Of a stretch of 64,000 nt of DNA, positions 44,208-58,552 are shown one piece after another (position 1 is the stretch's first letter; each line of letters opens with the position of its first letter). Position numbers and translations under genes: made by a program. The stretch is from positions 98,580,001 through 98,644,000 of the forward strand of contig OX597818.1 in the NCBI GenBank assembly GCA_951406725.2, in the 5' to 3' direction. Under the pieces are notes generated by a model that had not been told where the DNA came from, searched no databases, and saw only the letters and a program-made list of their open reading frames with translations. This DNA is from Octopus vulgaris (Eukaryota).

Positions 44208-44780
44208 GTCCTCTGGAGGACACTTGTCCTAAGCCACTTTGGCTATTGCTCTCAGCTATGGTCACCATCCAGTGTCAAGTTAATCACAGAACTTGAGGCG
44301 ATCCAACGAAGCTACACGAAGAAGATAGCCTTTGTGCAGCATGCAAGCTATTGGGAAAGACTCAAAAGATTGAGACTCTATTCCTTAGAGCGTAGGCGAG
44401 AAAGATATGCCATAATATACATCTGGAAGATCCTAGAAGGACTTGTCCCAAACTTTGGCATCGAGAGTTACACAAATGCCAGAACTGGGCGCCACTGCAT
44501 AGTGCCAAGGACTCCAAATTTGCCATCAAGATGTAGGACAAGATACTGTGATAGCCTGGGCTTCCGAGGCCTACAGCTCTTCAATATCCTCCCGAAGAAC
44601 CAACTTCACGGCAGGAGGTGCAGATGAGGGCAGCTGCATCGAACTCTCTCATGCACAAAATGGCAATTGCTAAAAAGCATTCGTGAAATAAAATCATGTA
44701 GCAACACCAAATGGCGGTGCCCCAGCATGGCTACAGTTTGTGAGCTAAAACTAGATAAATAAATAAAAATAAAATAAAAA
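44205..44780 (+). mobile_element. CR1-like LINE 3' end nested in the microsatellite of an S1 SINE (43890-44953, minus)
   Basis: LVLSHFGYCSQLWSP..LEAIQRSYTK..YWERLKRLRLYSLERRRERY; ends in (TAAA)n. Confidence 0.88.
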
Positions 44781-45754
44781 AATATATACGACGGGCTTCT
44801 TTCAGTTTCCGTCTACCAAATCCACTCACAAGGCTTTGGTCGGCCCGTGGCTATAGTAGAAGACACTTGCCCAAGGTGCCACGCAGTGGGAATGAACCCA
44901 GAACCTTGTGGTTGGTAAGTAAGTTACTTACCACACAGCCACTCCTGCGCCTATATGTTGAATAGAATCATAATTAACTGTTCCTCCTGTATTTTGTTTT
45001 ACTCTAAGCTAAGAACTTTCCAGCATCCCTTCGTATCGTTAGCAGACAAGATACTAATATTTACATTATTCTAGAACGTCAACGAGAGAGATCAGAATAT
45101 CAAAGAAAGTTACTGACTTATATTATGTTTGTCTCTATTCACCATAGTCGTCATTGCATTTCAAAAACAATGTGGTCGAAAAATGAACAGAAGACAAAGT
45201 CCAGCAACGTAGCCATTTTACAGAACGTGTTAATGTACGTAAAGAAGTTATCTCCCCTGCACTCTATTGATAAAGAGTTGTCTCCCCCAGTAGAGTACAA
45301 AAGCAAGTGAATTATGATGAATTCTTACAAGCACATACTATTATTCTTTTACTTGTTTCAACCGGTGTGCTCCGGCCGTGCTGGGGAACCGCCTTGAGGA
45401 ATTTTGTTCATCAGAACAATCTAATTACTTATTTTTATTCGATAACATGTTTCCGATTCAATTTGCTACACAGCTAAATTTTTTCTTTTCTCTTTTTTAA
45501 ACCTTTTACTCAGCAGGCAATGGCAGTACCATGTAAAGAAGACCAACATTACAGGCCTCCGAAGGTGCTGAAAGGGAGATTAACAATAATTCAGGTATTG
45601 ACACATTTAGACAGATCAGACTGTAGTAGAGAAAATAAAAATGAATGCTTCAACAACTGAGCTCTGACAAAGAGGGGAAATTAGACAAATTACTCCATGC
45701 AGAATTACGAAGGCTTTCCAAGCAAGAAGATGCAACTTTATCGGTACCATTCCC

Positions 45755-45784
<30 letters not shown>

Positions 45785-45786
<2 letters not shown>

Positions 45787-46098
45787 TGCGCCCTTTTCAA
45801 GCCTAGCTAGGCTCATGGGCCCGGTTTCCCGGTTTCTGCGGCGTATGTGTTCCCCACTCCCACCCCAGCTGAACGGGAGGCCAGTCCATCGCAGCGTTAC
45901 CCAAGAAACAGGAAGAAAGAGTGAGAGAAAGTTGGGGCGAAAGAGTACAACGGGGGTCGCCCCCACCCCTGCCGGAGCCTCCTGGAGCTTTAGGTGTTTT
46001 CGCTCAATAAACACACTCAACACTCGGTCTGGGAATCGAAACCGCGATCCTCCTACCGCGAGTCCGCTGCCCTAACCACTGGGCCATTGCGTCTCCAC
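45785..46098 (-). mobile_element. SINE S3 full-length copy
   Basis: tRNA-like head, tail ...gaaaagggcgca(taaa)n. Confidence 0.85.
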
Positions 46099-47611
46099 AC
46101 CCATGCAAGGATTTATTTTTTGTGTGCGACAGGTGTTGCAGAGGAATTAACTGATTATGTAAGTTTTGGAAAATATTTGTAATTTTTTCGACAAGTATAT
46201 ACAGTTCGAGGACAACATGAACACTGATGTATCCAATTAAGTCTTTAATTCATACATTATTGATGTTAATTAGCTGATTGATTAGCTCATGATGCAACAC
46301 AAAAGGCTAGCAATTTCGAGGAAGGGGGCGTGTCAATTAATCAGTGTTCAACTGTTTTATAGACCCCGAAAGGATTAAAGAAAAAGTCAACACCGGCGGC
46401 ATTTGGACTGAGAACGTAAAACTGGAAGAAATGCTTCTGAGCATTTTTTTCCCCTGTGCGATAACGATTCTGCCACATAATATTGGTTTCAAATTTTGGT
46501 ATCGACCCCAGTGCTCAACTGATAATTATTATATGGAGCATGAAAGGATAAAAAGGCAAACTCAACCTCAGCAGAATTTGAACTCAAAGCGTATAGACGG
46601 ACGAAATGCTGCTAAGTATTTTCCTCGGTGTGCTAACCGTTCTGCCAGCTCGTTGCTTTATGATGCTTCAAAATATTAAAGCCATAGTGACACACAAGCA
46701 AAATTATAATACTATGTGATTAAACAAAGTCATTGCTATTTTGTATCAACATTATGAACGTTGAATTCTCGCACCTTTCCAATCTAGCTTCAACTCTTAA
46801 TGAAACAAAGTTCTCTAGGGTAAATCATATATGGATTAAAGGCACTCGAGTGCCAAGTAGTTATGTTCTTCCATATTGTTTATCAAGTATCGTTGAAAAG
46901 GCCGAAGCAATGGTTCAAACTACTTGCCGAAGGAGACTCTCAAAGGTATGGAACCCGGCAATATTGCTGTTCCTCCATTCCTGCCCATAGATTCGACAAA
47001 CAACCATCAGAGGTTATCACATAAAAATAACTATTGCATGGGACTTTTCATTATACGCAGTTTATGAATTTACAAATAAAAACAGTAAAACACATCTTTT
47101 ATGCTACAAAAATATTTTATTGAGCCCGTATTTTACAGTTGTAAATGGCTAAAAAGTAAAATTGTTATTGAATGTCTAAACCGTTCCAGTTATCAATTAC
47201 GTATAACAATGCATTCTGTCTCCATGCTATAAGGAGACATTTGAGCGCTATAATGCTTTCAGTTCCTTCTTTTACAACTGTAGCCTTTTAACTGTATGCA
47301 TCTTGTCTTAAAGTACATAATCCTGTTTTAAGAATTCACTGATATATTCTCTGCACACCTAACAACCTAAGTAATACATTTAGCACAAGTATATTAGTAA
47401 TTTACTAATATTGTTTTATTTATTCAAGTGAGTAATTATAAATAATCTAATTATTTATTCGTGTTAAATGCACAATGAAAATAATATATCCTCAAATACA
47501 TAGCTGTTTCAAATTTGTTTTTTAATGCACAGAGCACGACGTTTTGATATCACTAAGTTGGGTAATGCGTTGAGCGTTACGTAAAACAAGCTTTTTCTGA
47601 AATATATGCAT

Positions 47612-47735
<124 letters not shown>

Positions 47736-48139
47736 CTTATTTAATGGCGTACGCTTAACAGACCAAATAGGAGGAAATATTCTCGTTCAGTTAATATAGT
47801 ATTTATTCATCGGTTTGATCTTTGTTTAAGTAGCCATCGCATAGCTTCAATTTCTTGAAACATAAGCCATCAGTAAATTTCAAGATGGCAATTATAGCTA
47901 TAAAGAGAATCAAGAGACACATTCCAATTGCTGAAGCTGCTATAACTATAACATTGGCGCCGGATTGATCTGGAAGAAATTTGACAAATAAGAAAATTAA
48001 CCAATGCTAGAACAAAATATTGTAATTAGTGTATCAAGAAAAAGAAATTTAAAGGACGATAAAATATGCAACAGAGCAATAATTTGAATGGATTTAAATG
48101 GATGTATACTTGGAGTCTATGAATAAATAAATTGATGAA

Positions 48140-49575
48140 ATAATGTAAAATTTATACTCTCTTATCAAACGACTCAAGAGAAACAAGGCACCTGGCGAGG
48201 ACAACATCTCTGTTAGCATTATTCAGGACGGTGGAGCTCCTATCGTGATGATGCTCACTAATCTGTTTAACAGAAGCTTTGAAAAAGCAAAGTCCCCGAC
48301 AACTGAAAGAACGCACCAGTATCTTACTTTGCAAGGAAGGTGACAAAATGGACTTGAAGAACTACCGTCCTAGCAGCTTCTTGCCTATCATCTACAAGCT
48401 GTTCTCATACATTATGCTAAGGCGGATGCTCGGCACCTCGGATCTCTATCAGCCATAAGAACAAGCTGGCTTTAGAATAGGACTCTCTACTATTGATTAC
48501 ATTCAGGTTGTCAGTCAATTGTAAGAGAAGGCGAACGAATACTACATAGCATTTCTGTTTTGCCTTTATTGATTATGAGAAGGCCTTTGACTCCATAAAA
48601 TTCACATCACTCCTTAGGACATTGAAGAACTAAGGAGTGGATCTCACTGATATTGCAATACTGAAAAATATTCACAGTGGTGCAACTCTTTACAGGCTAC
48701 ACCAACACAGTGATAAGATTAAGCTGGAGAGAGAAGCAAGACAAGGCGATAACATCTCATCGAAGTTATTTACACCATGCCTGCAAGACGCTGTCATCAA
48801 CAAAATCCAATGCGACAAAAAAGGTATCAATATTGACGGAGAACATCTATGCCACATGGACTTTGCAGATGATATCACCATGACAGCACATATCCATACT
48901 ATAAGCCAACCTGTCGGCTTCAATATGAACCTCAGAAAGACTAAGATCATGTTCCATAGGCACGCTATACCAGAGCCCTGTCACCCTAAACAGTAAGACC
49001 ATAGATGAAATAGACAGCTACATTGCCTGGGAAATATGGTGATGAAAGACGTAAATCTTCTCCCGCCCAAACTAGCACTATTCTCCTTAGGTGCATGTAC
49101 TGAGAAGGTGGAAAACCTCGCGAGAAGTCCCAAGGCCTCCATGAAAATAATAAAACTATCTGCAACGAGTACAACCTGCCAGTGATGATTTACGGCAGTG
49201 AGACTTGGGCCTTCGACAGTACCATCATGAATGCCCTCATTGTGCCCAGCCGTAAACGGAACGAATCGTGCTCGGTAACAAATTGTGGGCAGAGAAAAAA
49301 CGCTGGGATACGACAGCATTGGAGTCAACGACACTATAAGAACTATCAAGGAAAATAAATGCAGATCGGCTGACTACATAGCGCGATTGAAGGAGAACGG
49401 ATGGACATCTTAGTGACGGAATGGACAGGAAGGCAATAGACCGGATCAAAAAGCCGACCAAAGACAAGATTGTGAGATGCTCTCATCCGCTACTTGGGGT
49501 CTTTATGATCACGACAGGCTAGAGATGGGCTGGAGATTCTATTCCCGGTGTGATGAAAACCTGGAAGTAAAGTGA
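48140..49575 (+). mobile_element. Decayed RTE-clade LINE RT
   Basis: KAPGED...KNYRP...EQAGFR...FIDYEKAFDS...RQGD..S.KLF...DFADDI. Confidence 0.88.
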
Positions 49576-50149
49576 GGTAAAAATTTATCCATATGTACAC
49601 ACACACACGCACGAGCACACACACATACACACACTCATGTAAAATAATTTTTCTATCGTCTATTTGTTTTTACTGTTTTGTTCTCACTGTCCTGTTCTCA
49701 CTGTCCTGTTCTTTTTACTGTTTTGTTCTCATTGTTCTGTTCTTACTACCTTCATCTTCTTCAGAAAATCCCAAATTTTATTTAATTTGCTTGCGGGAAA
49801 GACGGTTTCAACGAAGTCGCGTCTTGTCCTTGCCTTCGAAAGTGGCGTAGATGAAACAGGGACAACTGAAGAAGGGGAATATTCTTTATGTTGTATGTCT
49901 CGTTTCTCTGTTTGTTTTATTCGTTGTTCGAAAAAAAGTTCGTTTCTATATTTTTGTTTTTATGTTTCCGTTTCTTTTTGTGTTCAACGTTTTTTTTAAT
50001 GTCCTGTACCCATATATGCATGTATATATACACATATATGTAGGTTTGTACATATATGTATGTATATATGTATATATTTATATATTATTTATATTATTAT
50101 ATGTGTGTATGTGTATGTTTTTCTTCTTTTCTTCTTTTATTTGTTTCGG

Positions 50150-50655
50150 TTTTCTCTTCACCCAGTCTCGGTTTTCTCTTCACCCAGAACTGCAGCTCCG
50201 TCAAGGAGACGAGCTGCGGAAAGACGAGCATCACAAACGGAACCCACACACGCTCACTGCCCTGAAAACGTTGCAGGTTGCGTAACCTAAGCACGTGTCC
50301 GCGGATTAGGAGTTACAACATACCTAATCCGAGGATGCTAGCAACAGATTGACCACCTGACCATTGGAACGTATCCCTTCTACAAGAATTTAAATAAGAG
50401 ATGCTCCAACTTGGTCAAGCATTAACCGACACAAGGCACGATGGTCAGGTGATAAATAACAACGGAGTCAATGTAAGCATTCGCAACCTCAGACCGACCT
50501 TTGAAGGACAGCATTCTTTCAGCCCATTTCTGGGTAAGATTGGCCACCATGTTCCCCAGCTCATCTCGGTTCTTATCAATCTATAGGTCGGGACCAAAGC
50601 AGACCCCGAGCACTTTAACTGGTCCGTCGGTCCAGCTTCCGACAACGCTATCCGA
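50150..50655 (-). mobile_element. L1/Tx1 ORF2 post-RT fragment
   Basis: WTDGPVKVLGVCFG...LSFKGRSEVANAYI...LTKLEHLLFKFL...LRLRNLQRF across frames. Confidence 0.65.
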
Positions 50656-50658
50656 AAA

Positions 50659-50735
<77 letters not shown>

Positions 50736-50769
50736 AATAATAATAATAATAATAATAATAACGTTTAAT

Positions 50770-50972
50770 AATAACAACGTATAGAAGGTGGTAGAGGCCT
50801 TATACAGCTGGAAAACTATTATAAAAGAACCACCATAGGATTGCAAAAATATCTACTTCAGAAGGAAGGAAAACTGATACAAATAGCGGCAAAACACGAG
50901 CAAAACTAAAAACTGTTCTCAATATTTAAGGAAGCTGACAAATACAAACAAGAAATCATACCACCTAACAAA

Positions 50973-51003
<31 letters not shown>

Positions 51004-51912
51004 AAGAAGAAGAAGAAGAAGAAGAAGAAGAAGAAGAAGAAGAAGAAGAAGAAGAAGAAGAAACAACAAAAGTTATAAAATAAATGAAATCCAAACTAAA
51101 AATAGAATAGCAACGAACCATGATAAAACGATGGCAAGAAAAGCCCCTTCATGGCAAATACTGGACTAAACTAAATGCAAAAGAAATAGACAAATAAAAA
51201 TCACAGCAATGGTTGAGAAGCTCAGAAAGAAATATAACAAGTAACTGCAGAATATGTGGAGATGGACAAGAAACAATAAATCATATTATCTCTGGCTGCC
51301 CAGTTCTGGCTAAGAAGGAATATATTCACAGACACGACAGAGTTGGGACCTATATACACTGGAAGCTATGCCAACATTATGAAGTAACAACAGAAAAAGA
51401 TGGTATAGGCACACACCAGGAAAGGTCACAGAAAACGAGAAAGCAACCATACTCTGGGATATGCCAATATACACTGATAGAGAAATTAAGGCCAACAGAC
51501 CAGATATAGTTGTCAGAGATCATGAAGAAAAAAATGCTTTCTAATTGATGTATCAATACCAGCAGATGACAACGTGTCTCTAAAAGGAATGGAGAAACTT
51601 TCAAAATACAAAGACCTGGAAATAGTGGTAACCAGAATGTGGAATCTAAAAACGGAAACAATTCCTATCATAATAGGTGCATTAGGCATGATAAAAAAAA
51701 TATTCAGACAAATACATAACAAAAACACCAGGACTTACAAACACATATAACATACAGAAAATTGGACTACTAGGCACTGCACACATCCTAACGCAGAACA
51801 CTTTCCATACAGTAACCATCAGAGCATCACAACAAATCACAGCACATACCCAAGGCACACAGAGCTGCGCTCGGTAGTGAAGTGAAAGCACACTATAAAA
51901 AATATACTACTG
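50770..51912 (+). mobile_element. R4/Dong-clade LINE 3' portion flanked by (AAT)n on both sides
   Basis: CRICGDGQETINHIISGCPVLAKKEYIHRHD...ILWD...NRPDIVV...LIDVSIP..EKLSKYKDLE..IPIIIGALG. Confidence 0.93.
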
Positions 51913-51928
51913 AATAATAATAATAATG

Positions 51929-51994
<66 letters not shown>

Positions 51995-52247
51995 CTTTCT
52001 ACTACAGTTACAAGGCCTGAAATATGTGGGGAGGAGATAAGTCGATCATAATGACCCCAGTACTTAATTTATCGACTCTGAAAGAATGAAAGACAAAGTC
52101 GACCGCGGCGTAATTTGGATACAGAACATAAAAACAGGCGAAATATCGCTAAGCATTTTGCCCGGCGTGCAAACGACTCTACCAATAGTGATAGTAATAA
52201 TTCACAGCATAGCTGTTGAAGTTTTGCATAGACATTTTTATACATAC

Positions 52248-52547
52248 CTTCTTTGGCTATTAAGGTGATCTTCATATGCTTATTTTTCTTACTTATGCAG
52301 AGGACTGTTAATTTACTGATTTCAGTCAAAAACTTGATGGCAATTTCAGAGAATTGATTATTACACGTAACATGGGCTATATAGTATTGCGAGTTAGACT
52401 TGGATGTGTTCCCACAAGTAATCAAAGTATCATTAATTTTCCAGTACTTTAATTCGTCTTCTTTTTCTAAAGGACATTCAACAAGTGTAACTTCATTCAC
52501 AAAAGCTTCCAAATTACCGACGTCAATGTCAACAAAGCCTGCAGATC
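52248..52547 (-). CDS. Ig-like domain exon (300 nt, phase 1-1)
   Basis: tttttcag acceptor, GTATGT donor; NEVTLVECPL..KYWKI..ITC..HVTC..TVLCISK..KITLIAKE. Confidence 0.8.
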
Positions 52548-52677
52548 CTGAAAAATATGCAACAATAAATCATGAAACAGAAAGAGATAGAAGAGAGTGA
52601 AGTCATGACCTACAAATAATAAATTGTCATAAATTGGCAATCTAATCTGACTTCAGGAAATTAAATTAAATACTTAC

Positions 52678-52995
52678 TGAAAACCGTTATATTAACCATG
52701 CTAGCATGTTCGTCTGTTTTGCAAACAATATTAAAACGACCATCAGATGGTTTGACAGGGTAGATAGTCAGAGACGATTTACGTAATTTAAAATTACATG
52801 TACTGTAAATACGCCCTGGAAATTTTGTATGGTCCTTAGTTGAATCAACACAATATACATACGATGCCAGTACTGCGCCGTCTCCATAGTACCATATCAA
52901 AGTGGTGCTTTCGCCTATTTCACAGATCAATCGTAAAGTTGACCCGGCAGGAACAGTGTCGCGGTGATCAAAAATAAAAAGATTTCCAACATCGT
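52678..52995 (-). CDS. Ig V-like domain exon (318 nt, phase 1-1)
   Basis: ttctgttgcag acceptor, GTAAGT donor; GSTLRLICEI..LIWYY..RI..SSLTIYPVKPSDG..IVC..VNITVF. Confidence 0.85.
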
Positions 52996-53529
52996 CTGCA
53001 ACAGAAAATAGTACATTAACATCGAAATAATATTACAGAAATATACTGTTTAGTGATATTCGAGAGAAATGAGACGAAAACAGATGACCGATATCCAGTA
53101 TTATTGTTATGGCAATGGTATGTAATATACATGTTACAGACACTTATATACGATACAGTATGCAGGAATGTACAAATACACAACTACGTAACTTGCTTCT
53201 AAATACTGGAAAGTTACTAACTATATGTTTTCTGAATTATCTTGGGCGGAGGGCAATGAGCTGAAGAATTGACAAAATGTGTTATTTAATTAAATCATAA
53301 AATTATTACATTTTAAGTTCAAATTTTAGATGAATGAATTTAAATTTCATTACAGCCTGATTAATGAAATAAACACTTTACTACAAGACTTCTCACTTCA
53401 TCAGAAGTTCAGAATCACTATTAGCAACATCTTTCATGAAGTATCGCCTTTAAACTTCCTGGATACTAAAGAGGAAGATCAAAAGTTATTATCTGAATCC
53501 GAAAGTTATATGATACATACACACACATT

Positions 53530-53565
<36 letters not shown>

Positions 53566-55978
53566 GATGATGGCTTGCAAATTTATTCATAATATGCTCC
53601 GGCAGATTCGAACGCAAATGTGTTAATCACTGTTGTTTTTGCCACAGGAAAACAGCTTCTCCTTCACAATGACAATGGGTTAATATTGCCCTCGATTCAT
53701 TAATATAAGGGATTCTGGGACACTGTTAATTCAATATATTGAGTCTCGTTGCCAGAAGACCTGAGCCAATGAATGAAACGGAAGCCGATCGCCTTGTTTA
53801 TAATTTCAGTGAGCAGGTTTCAGATTATTACTGATAATAAATCATAAAATGCACGTTGAACGCTGAGATGTGAAGCGATTATTTGCATATTTATTCTTAA
53901 TACGTTCTGCATGTGCAGCAAATTCAAATGCAAATATGCTGTTCACTGTTGTGTTCGTCACAAGGACACAACTTCTGCTTTACGATAACAAAGTGTTCAT
54001 GAAATACTCGAATCTTTAGTTCAAAGGTTCTAGGAAACCGGTGTTGACGAAAACTGCATACAAGCCTGTCAGATGAGTAATACTTTTAATTCTAGCCATG
54101 TCACATTTGTATCACATTGATTCTACTCGATAATTACATTAAGGGGAGAGGATTCTATGGAATATTCGGACATATGAAGTCCATGTCATCTCCGATAGAA
54201 CCTCTATTCATCATATGTAAAGATTATGAAGTCCTCTGATATAAAAAAAGACATCCAATCGTTGCACGATCAACATCAAACAACTAACAATTAAGCAATT
54301 AATTTGGCATAATTTTGTAACTTTTGTGCAAATTAGTTCCTAGTTCTATAAGATATGACATGTACATTGCAAAATTCTAAACCATCTCTATACAAATATT
54401 ATCCATGAGTTAGTACTAGAAGCTCTAGGATTTTGGATCGAAAAATAGTCACGCCGAGTTCAAGATTATTAAAAGATTATTAAAAGAAGTTATATCTGAA
54501 TAATTACGATTGGTGCAGGAAAATAACTACTTTTTTTGGTAACCAATATTACCTTAAAACGAAATTTGTACCAATATTTGTAATGAGATTCCCTGAAGAA
54601 AATATCTCTGCTTTTCTGGAATTGCTTTTGATTAGCATTTCCAAACCTATTTAAAAGGAAACTGTAAAAGATTTCTGGATGATTAACTTTTTTTTTCAGA
54701 AGAAATAGCACCTCGTAAGATTTCTTAAATTCGTAAATTGCATTCGGTTTCCATCTAGTTCACTTGAAAATTAATGAACGGGAACTTCCTTCATTGGAAA
54801 TTTTTGCAATTAAAGAAAATGAAACAGGTACAATCAACCGATGGTTAGACTTTAGATCTTGCTACTCACCCTACATGAAAAGGAATAACCCTTTGAATTT
54901 AGCAGATGCTTATTTTGAAACAAATTACGGGCACAAATGGACGAGAAAAATTAAATATATTTCTTTAGGAACAACAGCACCAAATCATCAAAGTAAATTA
55001 ATACCATAGCCAAAGAAGAAATCTCAATCTCTGTCTTACCGAGAAACCCTCACAATGACGGTGAAGAGAAAAATGCAAATATATACACATTCCACGTGTA
55101 GTTACCCAGCATCCTAGAAACCATGCCATTTTACATTCGGCCAAACGATACATTCCAAGTCTGCACCAATCATCAAATCTCAGAAAAGTGATCAAAGAAT
55201 CGAAAGCCGAAGAAAACCACCAAATCTTAAAAGACTCATAACAGAGACGAAATTCACATAAGAAGAAAAATTAGCAGGTAACAAAAACTGCGGAGACCTT
55301 CATAGTGGTACGTATGAAATAATTGTACAGGTAACGACAAAAAAAAAAAAAGAAAAGAAAATGGAATGAATTGAAGGCCAATGCACATATGAATCGCAAA
55401 CCAAAAAAGATCTTTTTCACTGCATTACATTCCCCAAGAGCAATGAAAATTATATCAATCAAATGTGATCAAAGATAATACATCGAGTTAGAGTACATAG
55501 ACCCAAAAATCAGAGATTCATCTCTTAGAAAATTTTCCATGTATGACATCTTGATATTTGTGCAAATGGAAAATTCAAAGCATTTCCTTTTGTCAAAATA
55601 AAGAAAGAAAATGATCAAATACGAAAGGAAAAAGAAAGTTATTTCATAAGAATTCTAAGTCGAAACTAAACCGGAATTCATCAACACCGCTAATAAAAAC
55701 ATTTATTTCTATATGGGTTAGACCCATCACACGCTAATTTGTAAAAAAAAAAAAAAAGACTGTAAAACTGTAAACAGTGAAAGTGTTTGTACACTGTGAG
55801 AAAATTGCCTTCCAAGAGATCGCTTCATCCTGTTCCTTTTGTTTTATAGTTTTTTTTTATGTAGTTAATTTTTAATTTAAGAAAATCTTTCTTCAAATAT
55901 ATACGCACGCAAACATTATATATGTATATTATATATGTGTATATATGTATAGACAGATAGACAGGCAGACGGAAAACA

Positions 55979-56047
<69 letters not shown>

Positions 56048-56210
56048 GACAGACAGATAGACTGATTGCTTGCCTGCTTGCTTGCTTGATTCATTCATTC
56101 ATTCTTTCTTTCATTCATTTATTCATTCATTCATTCATTCATGACTCCTTCCTAAATCTAAGTCTTGAGTTTATGTGATAAAAATTAAGATTAAATTAAC
56201 CATGACTCAC

Positions 56211-56510
56211 TGTATAAAGGCTGAATCGTGAACATAACATTCTTTTGTTTCTTTGTCAGACAGAAGAAGACCAAAGGCGGTTTTGCAGTTAAAACCGTAA
56301 CTTTTAATGTAGATTCTAGTTTGTGACATGTAACATTTACTACTTTGAACGCTGAGTTTTCCTTGTAATTCACCTTATTACAAGTAGCAACCAAGTCCTT
56401 ATTAGACCATTCCTCAAGAAAATCGCCTGGCTCGAATGGACATGTTAATTTTCCGGTTTCGTATACATTAACAAATACAACTCCGCCGTCTCTATAACTT
56501 ATAGGTTCTA
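56211..56510 (-). CDS. Ig-like domain exon (300 nt, phase 1-1)
   Basis: ttttttcag acceptor, GTGAGT donor, open frame xEPISYRDGGVVFVNVYETGKLTCPF..EEW..ATC..VTC..VFFCLT..FTIQPLY. Confidence 0.75.
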
Positions 56511-56839
56511 CTGAAAAAAGAAAGAGTAGAAATAAGAAATGGATATATTTGTTGAAATATTCAACATTGCTGAAATTCCATAAAATATATTTCATGTTCT
56601 AACATGGATCTCAAATTTTGGCACAATACCAGCAGTTTCGAGGAAGGGTACAAGTCGATAACATCGACCTCAGTGTTCAACTGATACTTATTTTATCGAC
56701 CCCGAAAAGTTGAAAGAGAAAGTCGACCCCGGCAGAATTTGAACTTAACAAAGAGAAGTCGGGAGAAATGCTGCTCTACTTTTTTCCCGGTGGGTAACGT
56801 TTTCGCTAGCTCACCGCATTAATTTCTTGCTTTAATATC

Positions 56840-57498
56840 AAAAGCAAACACATGAAAAACAGGATTTGTACCTTTCAGTACAACACAAGATATTTTATTG
56901 CAACAATAAACACTAAAGGATTGGAGACAAAGACTTTCCTCTCTGGTCAACCTCTCATCAACTTCTTCAAGTACCACTTGAAAAGGAAAGTGATAGTAGA
57001 GATGCAAGTTTTGTCTAGCGAACGTTTTAAAAAAAGATGGGTGAATGTAGCAAGGATGGCACGTATGAATGACGAAGCCACCTTGAGCATAATCCTATAA
57101 ACCCAGAAATTGAAAACAGAGGTTTACCCACTTGCAAACAAATGTGGTAACATATAACAATATTGACCAAGGTTACCGTGGTCTTTTTCGTAGGCTTTTC
57201 TTCCCACGGATAAACCTTACTTGCCTTCCCCTTTACACCGTACATCATGACACTGTGATACACGATCCCTATTGATCGTTTTTTTCCTCTTCCCCTTTTT
57301 TTCCTCTTTTTTTCTTCTTTTTTCATTTTTCTTTTCTTTTGTTCCTTTTCCCTTTTTTCTTTTTTTTGTTCTTTTTTTCCCTTTTACGATCCCTTTTGAT
57401 CGAAAACCTACGCCACCTTTTTTTTTCTTCCCCAAAAGAAAAGCTCTACCTTGTAACTTGTCCCATCTGTGTGCGGCCCTGTGTGGCCAATAAAGAAA
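56840..57498 (+). mobile_element. L1/Tx1 ORF2 C-terminus, pyrimidine-rich 3' UTR and AATAAA
   Basis: KGLETKTFLSGQPLINFFKYHLKRKV...FKKRWVNVARM*; ends gtggccaataaagaaa. Confidence 0.65.
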
Positions 57499-57935
57499 CA
57501 TATATATATATATATATATAATATATATATATATACTACAACTACAAATACTACAACTACTACTACTACTACTACAACTACTACTTCTGCTAATATAGGA
57601 TAAAATATTTTTCCAGAAAAAAAATCATCAAAAGTGGCAGCATATTAAAATACCTTTAAAGGTGAAAATTATAAACAATTTATAAACAAGAGCAAAAGAA
57701 AAAAGCATTTCTATGCCAATATGCTGAGAATTAGACGTTAAATCGTCAATCACTACATTACAATATACATTCACTATAAATACACGTCGTGCTGAAATCG
57801 AGGAAGGCAAGCTAATTTTTTTTAATTCGTTATTTCTATATTGAATCAATTTCTGGATTTATCCTACGGATTTTTCCCTCTTCAGTAAGAAAATACGATA
57901 AGAAATAAATGAAATACTTTGCCCTTGTTTATAAA

Positions 57936-57981
<46 letters not shown>

Positions 57982-58212
57982 CGCATTTGTCGGCGTGTAA
58001 GACGTCATTTGAAGACTCTTATTTTATATGACTATTTTGTTGGAGAAAAAGTTTTGCATTTTATCATACATCGAAATATATTTTAAAGCTGTCTGGAGAG
58101 GAATCTATGATTCTGTTTATGTAAATAATACACTAACCATTAAAAGAAACTGAATTAAATTTTCTATAGTAGAAAAGAAAATAGATTGGTATCGTTGAAT
58201 CTTCTTACATAC

Positions 58213-58239
58213 AGACAACAAGAAATATATTGATAAAAA
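58213..58239 (-). CDS. Candidate 27-nt phase 1-1 hydrophobic microexon (possible leader segment of the Ig gene)
   Basis: ttgttctag|TTTTTATCAATATATTTCTTGTTGTCT|gtatgt gives xFINIFLVV, in frame with the exon at 56510. Confidence 0.3.
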
Positions 58240-58440
58240 CTAGAACAAATCAGCTAAGTACAATAAATGCAAATGGATTCCCAAAGATAATTACAGTATA
58301 TGAGAAAACAAAAATTGCATTGAATATTAGTCCACTCTAAGTATTGGGTAAAACTGAATGTATTCTAACACAAACTGGTACTTCAGCGAACAACACAGGA
58401 TAGAGAATAGAACAAGTAAAAAAAAAGATAAGGGAAGGGC

Positions 58441-58459
58441 TTCTTTAATAATAATAATG

Positions 58460-58552
<93 letters not shown>

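Noticed and set aside
49740-49900. ctgaaga and gaaac motifs in a TA-flanked repeat
   Set aside because: Could not arrange them into a consistent hammerhead topology
55040-55310. Possible leader exon ending at a GTAAGA donor (55039)
   Set aside because: The hydrophobic frame has no in-frame ATG and the phases do not match the next Ig exon; unresolved without RNA data
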